From Okamejei kenojei (taxonomy: Eukaryota): 64,000 nt of DNA. Positions 48,332 through 61,841 of the stretch are shown here, piece after piece (the first letter of the stretch is position 1; every line of letters begins with the position of its first letter). A model generated the notes under the pieces. That model was not told the DNA's origin. It saw only the letters and a list, made by a program, of their open reading frames with translations, and did not search any database. Both the position numbers and the translations under genes were made by a program. The stretch spans positions 80,538,001-80,602,000 of the forward strand of contig CM069134.1 of the NCBI GenBank assembly GCA_035221665.1, read 5' to 3'.

Positions 48332-51300
48332 GATTGCTCATTGTTTAACCTCACAATCTCACTTCCCCAGAATATCACATTGAATGGCGGTGCTGGCTCG
48401 AATGGCCTACTCCTGCACCTATTGCCTATTGTCTATTGTCTAGTGTCTATTGTCTATAGCGGAAATGACCTAGGACCTGATACAATAATTCAAGAGTGTA
48501 CTGATTGCCCAAGCAGAGTCAGACAAGTCTGTCAGACTATCACACCTATGCCAGTTCCAATTCAGTTCAGTTCAGTTTATTGTCACGTGTTCTGAGGTAC
48601 AGTGAAAAGTTTATGTTACGTACTTTCCAGCCAGTAAAAAGACAATACATGATTACAATCGAGCCACAAATATGTGTAGTGGTTTATTGCACCAATAAAC
48701 ATAACATAGCAGCAGTTGTAGTAATGTATGTAATACAATGCATTTACAATGCAGGATTTGGAAGGATGGAAGTTAAGCAGTGATTACAAGGCCAACCGCA
48801 GATCTAGGGTGCCGGATGACTGAATGCTGAGCCAGCGGTGCCGTACCAAGAGTTTGATCTAGTTCCATGCATTGCAGATTTCTGAGGTTTCATTTGCCTG
48901 ACCACTCGGGCAAGAAATTCTGTCCCTGAGGCGCCACAAGCCCGAAAAAGTGCTGTAACTCCATTATGTTATAACTTCCTGGCCTCCTAAGAGTAGGCCA
49001 GAGTGCGACTTCGTCCATTTGCTGCTGGCCTCTGAGGCAGCGTGAGATAAAGCAAGCCACCTGGCTAGTCAATATATGGGAGGTGTTGTTTATTCTGTGT
49101 TTAATTCTGCCCTGGGTTACGTCCAATGCAATCCGAATGCAACTTATTGCGGTTGTGGTAATGGGGTGATTCTTGGATAACAGTGGCAACATTGGAGATG
49201 TGCCCACACTTCAAAGAGGAGGGTATGGCGAGTGCGACTCGTCCTTGAATTAAATATCTAATTGCCAATTAAGAGGCATCCAATTACATTTTCTAATTCA
49301 AATTAAGAGGCTTCCACCATTGATCGGATACCCAAAGGTTCAGTTGCATTGGGTGCACAATACACACTGTATGCCAATATGGGAAGCCACGCTGAGGCAG
49401 GACGATGAGCAGAACGTGGGACTGATTTTAATGTATTGTAACTAGATAATCATTGCATGGCTGCCATTTAGTCCATTTGTTAAAGCACACCCAATTATTC
49501 CCATTCCCAGTTCTGTCCTTGATACCTTGCCAATTATCACCCTTGAATGGCTACCACGACACCTTATTTATTTTTTAGCTCTACCCATTTGGTCACGTGG
49601 ATGTGCCTTTTGTTATATTGTCCCTGGGTACCACTGTTGCATACTCTCTGATTAGAAAGGCAATTCCTCCACCTCTTATATCTCCCTCTCAATCATGTCT
49701 AAAACATTGAAACTCCAGAACGTTGAGCAGTTAGTCCTATATCTCTCGTAACCAAGTGTCCAAGTGGCCACAACTTCATAGTCCCATGCACTGATCCGGC
49801 TCTATGTTCATTTGCTCCACCTATAATAAGCCTTTATTGAAGTAATCAAGGTGTGCCCACCGGTTTCACTAAGTTGACGTGGGTCCTGAAGACATTACCA
49901 TGGACAGGACAGCTAATGCTTAATAAGGAAGGTGAGTTGGTATTTTTGGAAATTCTGCATTCTTCTGCCTTTTTATTGCTTTCCAAAAGGAGACCATTCA
50001 CCCCACTAAGTCCGCGCCAGCTACCTGCAAAGCAATCCCATCCATCCCATTCTCCTTCTCCTTATTCCCCTGTACTGTGCAATTATTCTCTATCAAATAC
50101 CCTAAATGACACAATTTTGTTGATTTTGCCAAATAATGCATTAAAATAGCCAATTAGCCTACCAGTGTGTCTTCGGGATGTACAGGGAAACCAGACCACA
50201 TGGGAAACACATTTGGACAACATACAAGTTTCACACGGTACCCAAGGTCAGAATTGGGCCCAGGCACCTGATGCAGTACTGCTCACTACTGTGCCACATC
50301 TCTTTACAGTTTCCCTCAATTCACTTGATCACTTCCCCTCTGCTACTCCCAAACGTGCTGTTCTATTTGGCACAAAGAGCTCAGTGACATCCTGGGAGCT
50401 CTGCGAATATACTTGAAGTGCCTTATTTGACCTCCTGTTAGTCTCTTGTCCTGGCTGAGTCTGGAGCAGAATGTCTGCACTGTAATGAATAAAAATGTGA
50501 AATTGTCCATTTTGGCAAAAGAAAATCTGGTGAGATTTAGTCCTGGCATGCAGAGAGATCTGGGTTTCCTAGAACATGATTCACAAATGGTGTACAGCAA
50601 ATAATAAGGAAAATTAACAATGTTTTTGTTTTACTACAGGTGCATGGAGTGGTTAGATTGACATGGGGGAATGATTGCATAGGCTTGACTTGCATCTGCT
50701 GGAGCTTAGATGATTGAAACGTAAGGTCATCAAGGGTGAGAATTTGCCAGGGAGAAAGGTTTAACAAGTTAGGTGAGCGCAGCAAAGGGACTTGATCTTT
50801 AAAATGATGAAAGGGATAGACAGAGTTGACCTTTTCCCATTGAGGGTAAGCAATCATAGGGGTAACATGAGGGGAACTTCTTTACTTGGTGGCTAGTGTG
50901 GAATGAGCTTCCAGCCGAAGGTGGTGAGGCATGAATCGATTTTAACATTTAAAAGTAAAGTGGATGAGGTATATGGACTCTTGAAGGGAATGTAGGTGGT
51001 AACTGAATCCTCCCGTGCTGGTATTATGTTAATATGGTAATAGAATGTTTCCCTCTTAAGTGGTCAGTTAAGAAGGAGTAAGGTGTATTTTTTCTCTCCC
51101 AGATGGATATGTGCGTCCTTGCAACTTTCTTCCTGAGAGAGTGTATTTTTAAGGCGGAGGTAGATAGACACCCGATCAAAACATTTCTACTCATCTCAGT
51201 CCTGAATTACTTATATCAAATACTGATACTATGACTCCCAGTTCCAGAATCTCTCAGCGAGTGGAAATATTCTCACTGAATCCAGCATATTGAGCCCTGG

Positions 51301-54300
51301 TAGATTTTTGTATATTTCAATGAGATATCTAATTTTACTGAATTTGAGAGAATACAAACGCATCAACCAAATCTCTTTTAATACAACAGTACCATCAAGA
51401 GTCAAGAGGCAAGAGTATTTAATTGCCACATGTACTGAAAACAAAATAATAAAAATCTTACTTGCAACAGCATAATATGCCTGTGAATATAATACTCATA
51501 GATAACATATAATAAAGAAAAAAGAAAATTAAAAAAATAATAACCTCAGCAGTATTCATAAAACCCCAAACTTCTTCGTATTTTGGCATTTTGTAGTGTG
51601 CAAGAGCCTGATGGTTGTTGGGAAGAAGCTGTTTCTTGAACCTAAGGATTATGTTTTTCTGACTTGTATGCCTCCTTCCTGATAGTAGCAGTGAAATGAA
51701 AGGATGGCCAAGGTGGTGTGGGTCTTCGATGGTAATTGGCTGTCTTTTTAAGGCAGGGCCTTCTATAGATCCCTTCGATGATAGGGAGTTTATAAGCCTA
51801 GGTACTGTCCGATCCACCTCTACCCCATTGAGGACATTGGACTTTGCCTAAGGAACTGAGAAGGAACAATGCTACAATGCTGAAAATATATAATTTGCAC
51901 TTTGTGGCTTCCCCTTTGCTCTGCCTATTGCACTTGCATTTGAGCTGATTGTGTCAATGTATGGCATATCTGATCTGTTTGGATAGCATACAAAACAATG
52001 CTATTCACTGTACCCCAGTACATGTGATAATAATAAACCTAAACCTAAATCTCTCTCATAATGATATATGGACACACTGATCTGTTTTGTAGTAAATGCC
52101 TACTATGTTCTGTATGTCAAAGCAAAGCAAGAATTTAATTGTCCTATCATGGACACATGACAATAAACTCACTTGAACTTGAACTATGGTCCAACTCATC
52201 ATTGTTACTATTTTGCATATCTTTCATTCATTGTTCTTTATCTTTCCACATCACCGTCTATATCTCTCTGTTTCCCTTATATCACCAATTCCTTCTCTCC
52301 AGAGATACTGCCTGTCCCATGGAGTTACTCCAGTTTTTTGTGTCTATCTTTGGTTTAAACCAGCATCTGCAGTTCCTTCTTACCAGTAATTTGTCTAACA
52401 ACTGTGATGTTGCGGCAAATATAAAGGTGGTGTTGGAATTGTATTGGCTACACAGTCATGCAGGAGTCGTGCTCCTGTGCAGATGGTTATTGAAGAGGAA
52501 TTCTTGTCAATCTGTACTAATTGTGGTCTATTGATGAGGAAGTCAAGAATCCAGTTGAAAAGGTATATACAAAGACCCAGTTCCCTGAACATGATAACAA
52601 GTTTGGTGGAGATGATGGTGCTAAACTCATAGTTGTAGTTGACAAATAACAGCCTGATGTACACCTTTTTATTATAACCATGAGATTACTGTGCCATGAG
52701 GCATATTGGTGTTCTCCCTATCAGACCATGTGTAGAAAGCATTTAGCTCGTGCTGGGAATGTTGCCTCACTACCGTTTGAGCCACCACTTGTTTTTGTTT
52801 TCCAGGAAATTATGGGATGCAAACCCTGCCACAGCTGCTAATTGTCCGAATCACCCTCCAATTTAGAATGAAAGTGTCCCTTTGCAGTTTTGATGGCCTT
52901 ACTAAAGTCATACCTGGACTACCTATACAAACCTACATTGCCAGACTGGAATGCCTAAGATCTAGTCCTCAGTAATTGCAGACATCCTGGTTCATTCATG
53001 GCTTCTGGTTGGGGAGCACACGGATGGTTTTGGTGGGAACACACTCCTCCACATATTTCATTATAAAGTTGGAAAAAATCATGGCATAATCTTTTATGTC
53101 CAACGCCATGTCCTCGAAATGTGCCCACTCTACTGAAACCAAGCAATCATGCAGTGGGTTCTCCACCCCCCCACTCCCTAACCAGTTCTGTGCTGTTCTC
53201 ACAGCTGGAGCTGCATTCTTCAGTCGCTGCCTATTTGCAGAAAGAAGAAGCAGAGCAGGTGATCTGATTTCCAAAAGTGAGGGCAAAGAGGAAGCAATAG
53301 GCACCTTTGATAAGCGTTCCAGATATCAGCTCTATGAACCTGCAATGTGGAGAAGATGCTAGTTCAACAACTGAATGGCAGAGTAGGGAAGGGGTCTACC
53401 ATTGCTCATAATGCGTATGTGGGTCTGTTTGTATGTCTGTGTTGTGAGCCTGTTGCAAGTGATGTAACCTGGCTGACCATTTTTAGAGCCTTTATACTAG
53501 GAAGCTGGCCAAGTGGGTGACACTGATGTTCCTTTCTGGCTTATCTGGCTTGTGAATTTAAAGAACTTTGCAGAGACAGCATGTGTAACACGTGTCCAGT
53601 GCTATAGATAATCTGTGTGCTTGAAGACAGAAAAATTAGGACAAATATATAAGAAATAGGTGCAGCTAAAGGGCAAATGCACCACTGGGACAACTATTCT
53701 GTCATTCAATGAATTAATGACATATCTAATCTTGCTCTCATTCTCACTTTCCTGCATCTGCCTGCTATTTTTTAAATGACTCTGGCCAAATTGACAAACA
53801 ATAAGGCCCGCAGCACCATCCTTGTTTTACATAACTAGCCACAGGTTTCTGGTCATAAAAACAACCATCATTACTTTCTGCCTCTTGTTCCCAAGCCAAT
53901 TTGTCAAATTGCATTGGATCTCATCAACTCTAAACTTTTGGGCCCTCGCGATGTGCCCAAACATCATGGATATGATATTTGGCCACATGACAACGTGGAC
54001 ATTAATATAGGAAGTATGACAAGTTAGTTTACAAATTATGTAAATACTAGTGGTGCTGTTGTTAGTGTGGAGGGTAGTCGGGTTGCAGAAGCTATAGATC
54101 ATTTGGTAAAATAGGAGAGGACATGGTGGATACAACATAATGTGGAAAATGTAATGTCATCCACTTTGATCAAAATAGAGAGCTGAGGTTTTTTTTTAAT
54201 GGTGAGAGATTGAAGGATGTTGGTGTTGAGATGGTTCAGGGGGGCCCTTTTCACAAAAAACGTGGATGCTAATATAAAGATCTAACAAGCAAATATTATG

Positions 54301-54574
54301 TTAGCCTTTCTTGGTAAGGGGATTTGAGGTTTTCATGTAGTGCCCTGGTATGATCACACCTGAAATATCTCCTGATTTAAGGATAGGAGGAAATTCACAA
54401 AGGTTTACCAGACTGAATCCTAGAATGGCGGGTTTGTCCTCTTAAGAAGGATTATGCAAAGAAGATCTAAACTCTCTAGAATTTAGAAGGATGAGAGGTA
54501 ATCTCATTGAATTTACACATTTGTAATGGGCAGGTGACATTGATGTCGCCCTTGGCTGGATTGTATGGAAGCAT

Positions 54575-54880
54575 GGCGGCACAGTGGCGCAGCTGTAGAG
54601 TTGCTGCCTCACAGCGCCAGAGATCTGGGTTCGACCTTGTGGCCACCAACGGTGCTCTCTCTACCGGGTTTGTACATTCTTCCTGTGACCGCATGGGTTT
54701 TCTCCGGGTACTCCAGTTTCCTCCCACATTCCAAAGACGTACAGGTTTGTAGGTTAATGGGCTTTGGTTAAAAAAAAAAAGTGTAAATATCCCTAGTGTG
54801 TAGGGTAGTGCTAGTGTACGGAATGATCGCTGTTCGGCGCAGACTCGGTGGGCCTAAAGGCCTGTTCCCACGCTGCATCA
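54575..54880 (+). mobile_element. tRNA-derived elasmobranch SINE (HE1/V-SINE-like), near full length
   Basis: A-box TGGCGCAGCTG and B-box GGTTCGACC, central domain and LINE-like tail. Partial copies occur at ~11585-11640, 28050-28240 and 47880-48030. Confidence 0.8.
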
Positions 54881-55641
54881 CTAATGTCTCAAGTCTAAAG
54901 CCATGGGGCACAATCACAAAGTATCTCTCGGGTCAGCCATTCACGATAGACTTGAGAAGAATTTCATGGACATTTTCTCCAATGGGATGCCCAGTGGCCC
55001 AATATACCAAGACAAAGATTGCTAGATTTTCAGGTGTTAGCGACATTAAGAGAAGTGGAGCAAAGATGGCCCGAAGGCGATCTTTCGGTGTTGTTCCGAG
55101 GTGCATACTAATACAGGAAATTTGATTGCCCCCGATATCTTAAAGAACAGACTTTGATGCTAAATATTCAGAGGGAGGCGAAACCACCGGGCAGCTCTAG
55201 GACAGTGCCGCGGGTAAAAAGGAGAGGCAGTGCAGATACAGAGGGGAAGAACGAGATTTCCACGAACCCCGTGGGGCTGAGGGGAGGGAGTTGGTAGAGA
55301 TGAGGCTACCACTGTGGACTGTAAATAGGGCAGTGGACTTCGCCTGATCCCTGTGAGTGGGGGGGAGGTGGGAGGGAGGAGAGGGGGGGGGGGGGGGGAG
55401 AGGGGGGGAGAGGGGAGAGTTGATGCGATAGTCCCAATGCACGATCTGTAATCTTTTTCGCGAGCGACAAATAATTGACTGTGTAATTGCATGAAAGGCC
55501 GACGAGGCTCGTTTGGTACTTTGGTTGCATTAGGTTGAAAACATATTCATCTGAAGAGAGACGAAGGGGATTTTCTTGTTAGTTACGAATTCTGTGTGAG
55601 TCGGAAGTGGTATGTGCGATAAGTGCATTGAGGTGCGCGAA

Positions 55642-55680
55642 GGTTTTTGTAAGCGACGCCGGTTGCTGTTTAACTCTGTG
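55642..55680 (-). promoter_or_regulatory. 23-bp-spacer recombination signal sequence of the proximal TRGV
   Basis: Heptamer CACAGAG (55674-55680), 23-nt spacer, perfect nonamer ACAAAAACC (55642-55650). Confidence 0.95.
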
Positions 55681-56145
55681 TATCCCAATATGCACAATAG
55701 TAGGTGGCGGAATCTTCTCTCTTGAGACCGTCCACCGTTAGAGAATACTGTCCAGTCACAACAAGTCGCGATTTAAATCTGTCCTCAAATCCATCATCCC
55801 CAGGTTGTTGACCCCAGATTCATAATACAGGATCCTCACTGGCCGCTGGCCCGCTGGCTGCCGATACCAGTGGACGATGGTCGCGGACGCTCCCTCCAGG
55901 TCGCATGTGATTGTGATACTTTTACTTGCCATTGAGACGAGGGACATCTGTGACTGTTTTATACCTATCACGAGATATTGCCCCTGTGAAGAGAGAATTT
56001 CAAAAAGTATAACTTGTAGGATGTAGAAAACAAAGAACAAAACCATTAACTTTGTTTCTCGAGACTGAATAAATCAACAACGAGTTGAATGGAAAATAAT
56101 GACTTACGGAGAAAAAAACATCACGAAAACGACGAGACGGCGCAT
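55681..56145 (-). pseudogene. TRGV: TRGV segment (J-proximal): leader 56108-56145, V exon 55681-55983; frameshifted as assembled
   Basis: Leader MRRLVVFVMFF..|gtaagt. V exon reads KQSQMSLVSMASKSITITCDLEGASATIVHWYRQPAGQRPVRILYYESG, then after a frameshift near 55800 DDGFEDRFKSRLVVTGQYSLTVDGLKREDSATYYCAYWD. The leader phase also does not match the exon. May be a real pseudogene or an assembly indel artefact. Confidence 0.88.
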
Positions 56146-58239
56146 GCTGGTTGTCGGGTAGTGACAGGATTTAACATCTGTCTCAACTTGGGTTGGCGGC
56201 ATATAATACCGTCAATCTTCAAGTGCTATTTCGTCGACCCGGCAGTGTCTCTTCTGACACAAACCACGCCTTCTAACCTCGTTTCTAACTTTTTCGAGGT
56301 TCGTCTTCGATTTTCTGAGACACAGCACGGAAACAAAGGGCCCCTTCGACCACCGAATCGCAGTCCGAGCGAGCGGATTCACACCCTGTAGACTAACACA
56401 TCCTACTGCCTACCGGACCAATGAACCTATAAACCTTGTGCATCTTTGTGAGTGTGGGGAGAAACCGGAGACACAAGTAAAAAAAACCACTGTGGTCACG
56501 GGCAGACAGCACTGTAGTGCCCAGTTCATAGGTTCGTAAGTTTATGGGAGCAGAATTAAGACCATTTGACACATCACAGTCTACTCCGCATACAAACCAC
56601 GCGATCTATCCGTCCCACTCAACCATTCACCTGCATTCACCCCCATAAACCCCAAACCGTTCTAATCAAAGAAATATATAACTCTCGACAAAAAATATCT
56701 AGATTGACCCTGGCCTCCACAGCATTTGTGGCAAATAATGCCACCGATTTATAACTCTCTGACGTCAAGAGATTCTATCCCTATTCTCTTTCTATAGACC
56801 GTTCTTTTGATTCTGAGGCCAAAGAGCCTTGGCCCTCCATGACTACTCCCACTCTCGCGTATCTAATATTGTATAGATCTCAATTCGATGGTTCCCCTCT
56901 CCCCCTTCTAAAACCCCATGAGTAATTGGGCCCATTGGCGTAACCGCTATCATATACGTTCATAGAAACATAGAAGATAGGTGGCGCAGAGGCCATTGCT
57001 TCGAGCCACAGCGGGGGGGGGGGGGGGGGGGGGGCCATTCGTTGTGAATGGCTGAATCGCCCGATCAATAAACCCGCCTGGCCTGCCTCCATATCTTGAC
57101 CTAACAAAAAAACAAATTATTGGCCTGGGGATCAATTCTCATTAACCTACCCTGGATTTCCTCTACAAAGCCCTCAGTTTTTTTCCTCAGATAATGCCCA
57201 AAAATGCTTACGAATATTCCAATGCCGTCCCCGGTACCATTATTAAAGCCCTGCGTTTTTAATATCCTGTCTTCTGGAAATAAACGTTCACACTTGTCCG
57301 CAATCAAAAACGTTTGTTCCCTGGGCGCTGTAGTCCTCTGACGCTGTAAACTCTAATTCCGCTGCCCGCCCCACATGTAACCCGGACAATTTTTGTTACT
57401 TGCAGACCATTAAAAGAACCGCAGATGCTGGAAATCTAGAGCTAAAAATCCGAGGTGTGGTGGAATCATAAACCCAGCTGGTCTGGCCGCATGGTGTAGT
57501 AGGAGGGGAATGGACAGGACGACATTTCGACCGGGGACACTTCTTCTGACTCCATCTAAAGATGTGTCCCAAACTGAAACATCTACAGAAATGAGGAACA
57601 TAAAAGGATACCAAGTGCTAGCGTAACTCAGACGGTGTGGCAGCATCTATGGAGCATGTGGAAACGTTCTATGTTCATTCCCCATTCCAGATGAAGCTTG
57701 GCCCGCCGAGTTCATCCAAAATGTTGTTACTGTGCGGAACATGATATTTTAGAAGAAATCCACCCCAGTCAATAAGATGACTTTTTCTGCGCCAAAAGCT
57801 GCTTCGATCTTCCCCTTGTTTATGTAACGTGATGAAGGCAGCCGCCTCCTCCTTCTGCCTGATCAGTCACAAACCACCCATATTTAAACTGTTCTCTCCT
57901 TCCTTCATCCCTGCTATGTTAAATTCCCAAACCCTTGCAAAATGGTTGGTGTAAGTAACTTCAGCAAAGAGGTGCTGCTCCGGATCCCGACATCCCAACA
58001 TAATTTTCCTGGCCTTCCTTTATTCCAATCTTTTGACGTGAATTATGTGATAATCAGAATAATGCGATCCAGGAGCTACTCCACAACCACAGAAAGACTC
58101 TCCCCATATTGACTGGCCGAGCGTTTACTGCACTGAACCTGGAACTGCCTCGCCGCCAACAATTCCGGATTCAACCCCAAACCACCAGTCTTTTCACGTG
58201 AGACAGAGGTTCACAAACCCGCTAGTCTTTTCTGGTGAG

Positions 58240-58560
58240 GCAGTGGTTTACTTGCGTCTTCTCCAACCTCATCTACTGTATCCACTGTTCCAGTTGCAGA
58301 ATCCTATATATCCGCCAAGAACATGTACTGGCTCGGCGATCGTTTCGCTGACCACCTCAGCTCAGTCCGCCTGAACCTACCTGATCTCCTGATTGCTAAA
58401 CACGTTAACTCCCCTTCCCGTTCCAACACTCACCCTTCTGCCCTGGGCCTCCTCACAATGGGGGCAGTGAAAATTGGAGGAACAGCACCTGATATTTCGC
58501 TTGGGCAGCTTACACCCCAGTGGTATGGATATTGACTTATCTAACTTCAAGTAACGCTTG
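58240..58560 (+). mobile_element. Penelope-like element GIY-YIG endonuclease fragment
   Basis: SNLIYCIHCSSC..LYI, LGDRFADHL, IAKHVNSPS, EEQHLIFRLGSLHPSGMDID across frames. Confidence 0.82.
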
Positions 58561-61255
58561 CTTTTCCTCTCTCTCCATCCCTCCCCCTTCCTCGTTCTCT
58601 GACGAGTCTGATTGCCCCCCTGATTAAATTTTATCTCTTCGTTGTCAGCCTCTCCTAGCCAACAACGTATGTACACGTGTTGGCGGGATGTGATGGAATG
58701 CCGCACGAATTTAAACCCCCACGAAAGTTAGTTTTTATGTTCAGTGTTCCTTGAAGCGTGTTTATTACTTTTGGGGCATCCAGGCGAGGATCGGTGACAT
58801 TGCGAATCAAATTTGTAATACATTTTTGCCTTGAAGCTACATGGCCCTTTGAATCTCCGTTTTTCACACCCTACACTTCCTTATGCTCTGTGTCCCTCTA
58901 ACCTGACTCTCAGTTCTGAAGAGGGTCTCGACCCAAAATATCTTCCACCCATTCCTTCTATAACATAAATTGCTGCCTGTCCCGCTGAGTGAACTCCAGC
59001 ATTTTGTGCCTATCTGAGCTGACCCGTTGGATGGGAAATGTCGTTGAGGCAGGAGGCCATCCCGAATGATTTCATTATGTCCCGTATCAGCTATGGACAG
59101 AAGCGCATTATTATTAAGTACTCTATTAATTTGTAAAGAGACTCGGTTTTTGTTAAAAAATAACTTTTACATTTGGCTTCCGCTAGAATTTGAAAGAACG
59201 ATTTTCAAATCAGGTGGTGCATGAGCTCTGCAGTCGGGGATCCCTTTCCCCTTGAGCTACCTACTCAGCTTTTCGTAAACATCCATGACACAAACTTTAC
59301 AACCTTCCACTGAAGGCGTCCTCCTTTACAATCTGCTCACTGGGTCAAAATTGTTTCTCTCTCCCCCAAAATCCCCTTGTAGTTCAGCAAGCATTTTTGT
59401 TCCGATATATGTGCATCGATTAACACACTTTCTAATGCGCACTCCGCCTGCCCCGATTTTCCCCACGAAAACCCTACAGCCACTGTAAGGGAGTAAGTGA
59501 AGTGTAAAAACAAGTGAAACCAGAGTAAAGGTTGTAAACAAGTTTAGGTCTTTATTCTTTGGGGAGTCGCAGCAGAAGGTTATAAGGGGGGACTTACTTG
59601 ATTGCAGGTCCTTTAAAACGATGAAAGGGATAGGACAGAGTTGAACGTGGATACGTTTTTGCCATTTGAGGGGGGTAGGGAGGGAGATTTCAAACAAGAA
59701 GGGCCAGGACATGAGAATTTAGGGACAGAGGTTTCAGGGTAACGTGAAGGGGGGAACTTTCTTTACTCAGAGTGGGTGGTGGCTGTGTGGAATGAGCTTC
59801 CAGCAGAAGTGGTGGAGCAGGGATCGTTTTACACATGAAGAGTAAAGTGGATAGGTATATATTGTGACGTGAAGGGAGATGGAGGGGTTATTGGTCTGAT
59901 GTGCAGGTAGATGGACTTGGGGAAAACAAATGGTCGGCACAGACTGGAAGGGCCGAAAGAGAGGCCTGTTTCCGTGCTGTAATTGGTTATATGGTTATAT
60001 GGTTATATGGTTAATATCTGTTTGGGATCACAGACATCACACGGTACTGAAGCTGCGGCGGGGCGAAAAGAAGAGGAACCTGCTTTAAGAGGGGTGATCT
60101 AGAACAGGGCAGGGGTGGGGGGGGGGATGATTTGTTAAATCCAGCGGACGGCTGTCTTATGAGCACATTCTCGGGTGGAAAGGGCATCATGCTTGTGAAA
60201 GTTGTTACTTGTGACTGTTTAATAAAGGATGAGGAGCGGTCAATAAATGGTAATCGCACGGTCATAATACAATTTTGTATTTGCATTAATTGATGCCATG
60301 CATGTTTTTTTATTGAGGTGACCAGCTTCCTGAGCCTCTAGAGTCGGCGTGATGAAGGTGCTCCCATGGCACTCCCCTTGGTTTTGACTCGGCTCGCTGA
60401 CTGAACGGGAAGTTTCAAATCAAGATGGTGTAGCACTTGGATGGAGAACTTGAGTAAGTTGGATGGTTTATGTATGCCAGTCATCATTCTAGATTATCGC
60501 CCTCAAATCTGTGTGTATCACAAACACTGCGACCGTAATGCAGAGGTCACCGTGGGGGTGATGATATCGGTGGGGTTCAAACACTTAGCTGCCTAGTATC
60601 GAGTGACCAGTGTTGTTGGATCTGCACTCATCCAGCCAGGCAGGCAAGTGTGGGTACATTTCATCACACTCTCTCACTACTACTACTCATTTAAAAGCGC
60701 CCCCGAATATAACAAAAGGACCTGGATAGAGTGGATGTGGAGAGGATGTTTCCACTCGTTGGTGAGTCTCGGACCAGAGGGCACGGCCTCAGAATAAAAT
60801 GGTGTACCTTGAGAAAGGAGATGAGGGGGGAATTCTTTAGTCAGGTAGTGGTGAATCTGTGGAATATAGATTGCCACAGACGGCTGGCGGAGGCCGTTCA
60901 TTGGGTATTTTTAAAGCAGCTAGCTTGACATAATCTTGATTCTAGGGTGTCACAAGGTTTTTATGCGGGAGAAAGGCATGAGAATGGTTTTGAGATAAGA
61001 AGGACGATAGAATACATTCCGCCTGTGATTGGAAATGGCGGAGTAGAAATGCAGCAGGGCCCGAAAATGACCTAATTCTGCTTCTATTGGCCTATAAACT
61101 TGTGAACTATTTCCATCATATTGCCGTGCTTGTTTCATCATTTTGAAACATCTGCGTTTACCGTAGACAGGAGATCTGCATGCAACCACACCCTGTTTAA
61201 TTGGTTTGTGGAACAAGGTTTAAACGTGCACAACGGATAAACTTGGTATATGTTG

Positions 61256-61782
61256 GGTTTTATGTACTGGTTTCCCGTCGCTCTCGGGCCACCGAGTGTG
61301 CCCAGTAGAGCATCAGTAATATGGTACCATAATCTATCTCTCGCCGCGGATGGTCTGCAAGAATCAGAGTGCACGAATAGTTCAATAACCTTTTTCAACA
61401 AATACCTTTGGTCGGGAACGTAAATCCCTTCTGTTGGTCCCGATGCTTATGAAATACAATAGCCCTGCAGCCCTTCTCCCTGCCTTCTGCCCGGGTACAA
61501 TGTATAATAGCTTCGCTGATCGCTTGCTTGAACTTCACAGTGAAAGGCGCACAGATTTTGTGGCAGCTGTGGTGATCGCTATAAACGGGGACTGTAATGA
61601 ATGTTTAGATGGTGTCGATTTACTGCTTTGGGAGAGGAGGAGAAAAAAGCACAAAGTTAATCGCATTTATTTCACAAGGGGGACAGCGAAACTTATGGAA
61701 TCGCGTTCGTTAACATCTGCCACTGAACCCGAGAAGTAAGGAGGATAAATATAAATGACAGCCAAACGACCCGGCCCTTCAT
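61256..61782 (-). pseudogene. TRGV: Second TRGV segment, multiply frameshifted or garbled: leader ~61730-61782, V exon ~61299-61622, degenerate RSS ~61256-61298
   Basis: Leader MKGRVVWLSFIFILLTS. V fragments across frames read LQSPFIAITTAATKSVRL, HCEVQ, AIIH(W)Y, QKAG..LLYF, CTLILAD, DYGT/YYC-like, followed by CACTCGGTG, ~24 nt, ACATAAAACC. Confidence 0.72.
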
Positions 61783-61800
61783 GTTTGGTGGGGTTGGTGT

Positions 61801-61841
<41 letters not shown>

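Noticed and set aside
49855-49905. J-like string on the - strand (VFRTHVNLVKP|gtgggc)
   Set aside because: No FGXG motif and no recognisable 12-RSS.
54575-54650. tRNA-like A/B boxes
   Set aside because: These are the head of a SINE with several copies in the window, not a tRNA gene.
59145-59183. Perfect nonamer GGTTTTTGT
   Set aside because: No heptamer at 12 or 23 spacing and no adjacent V exon.
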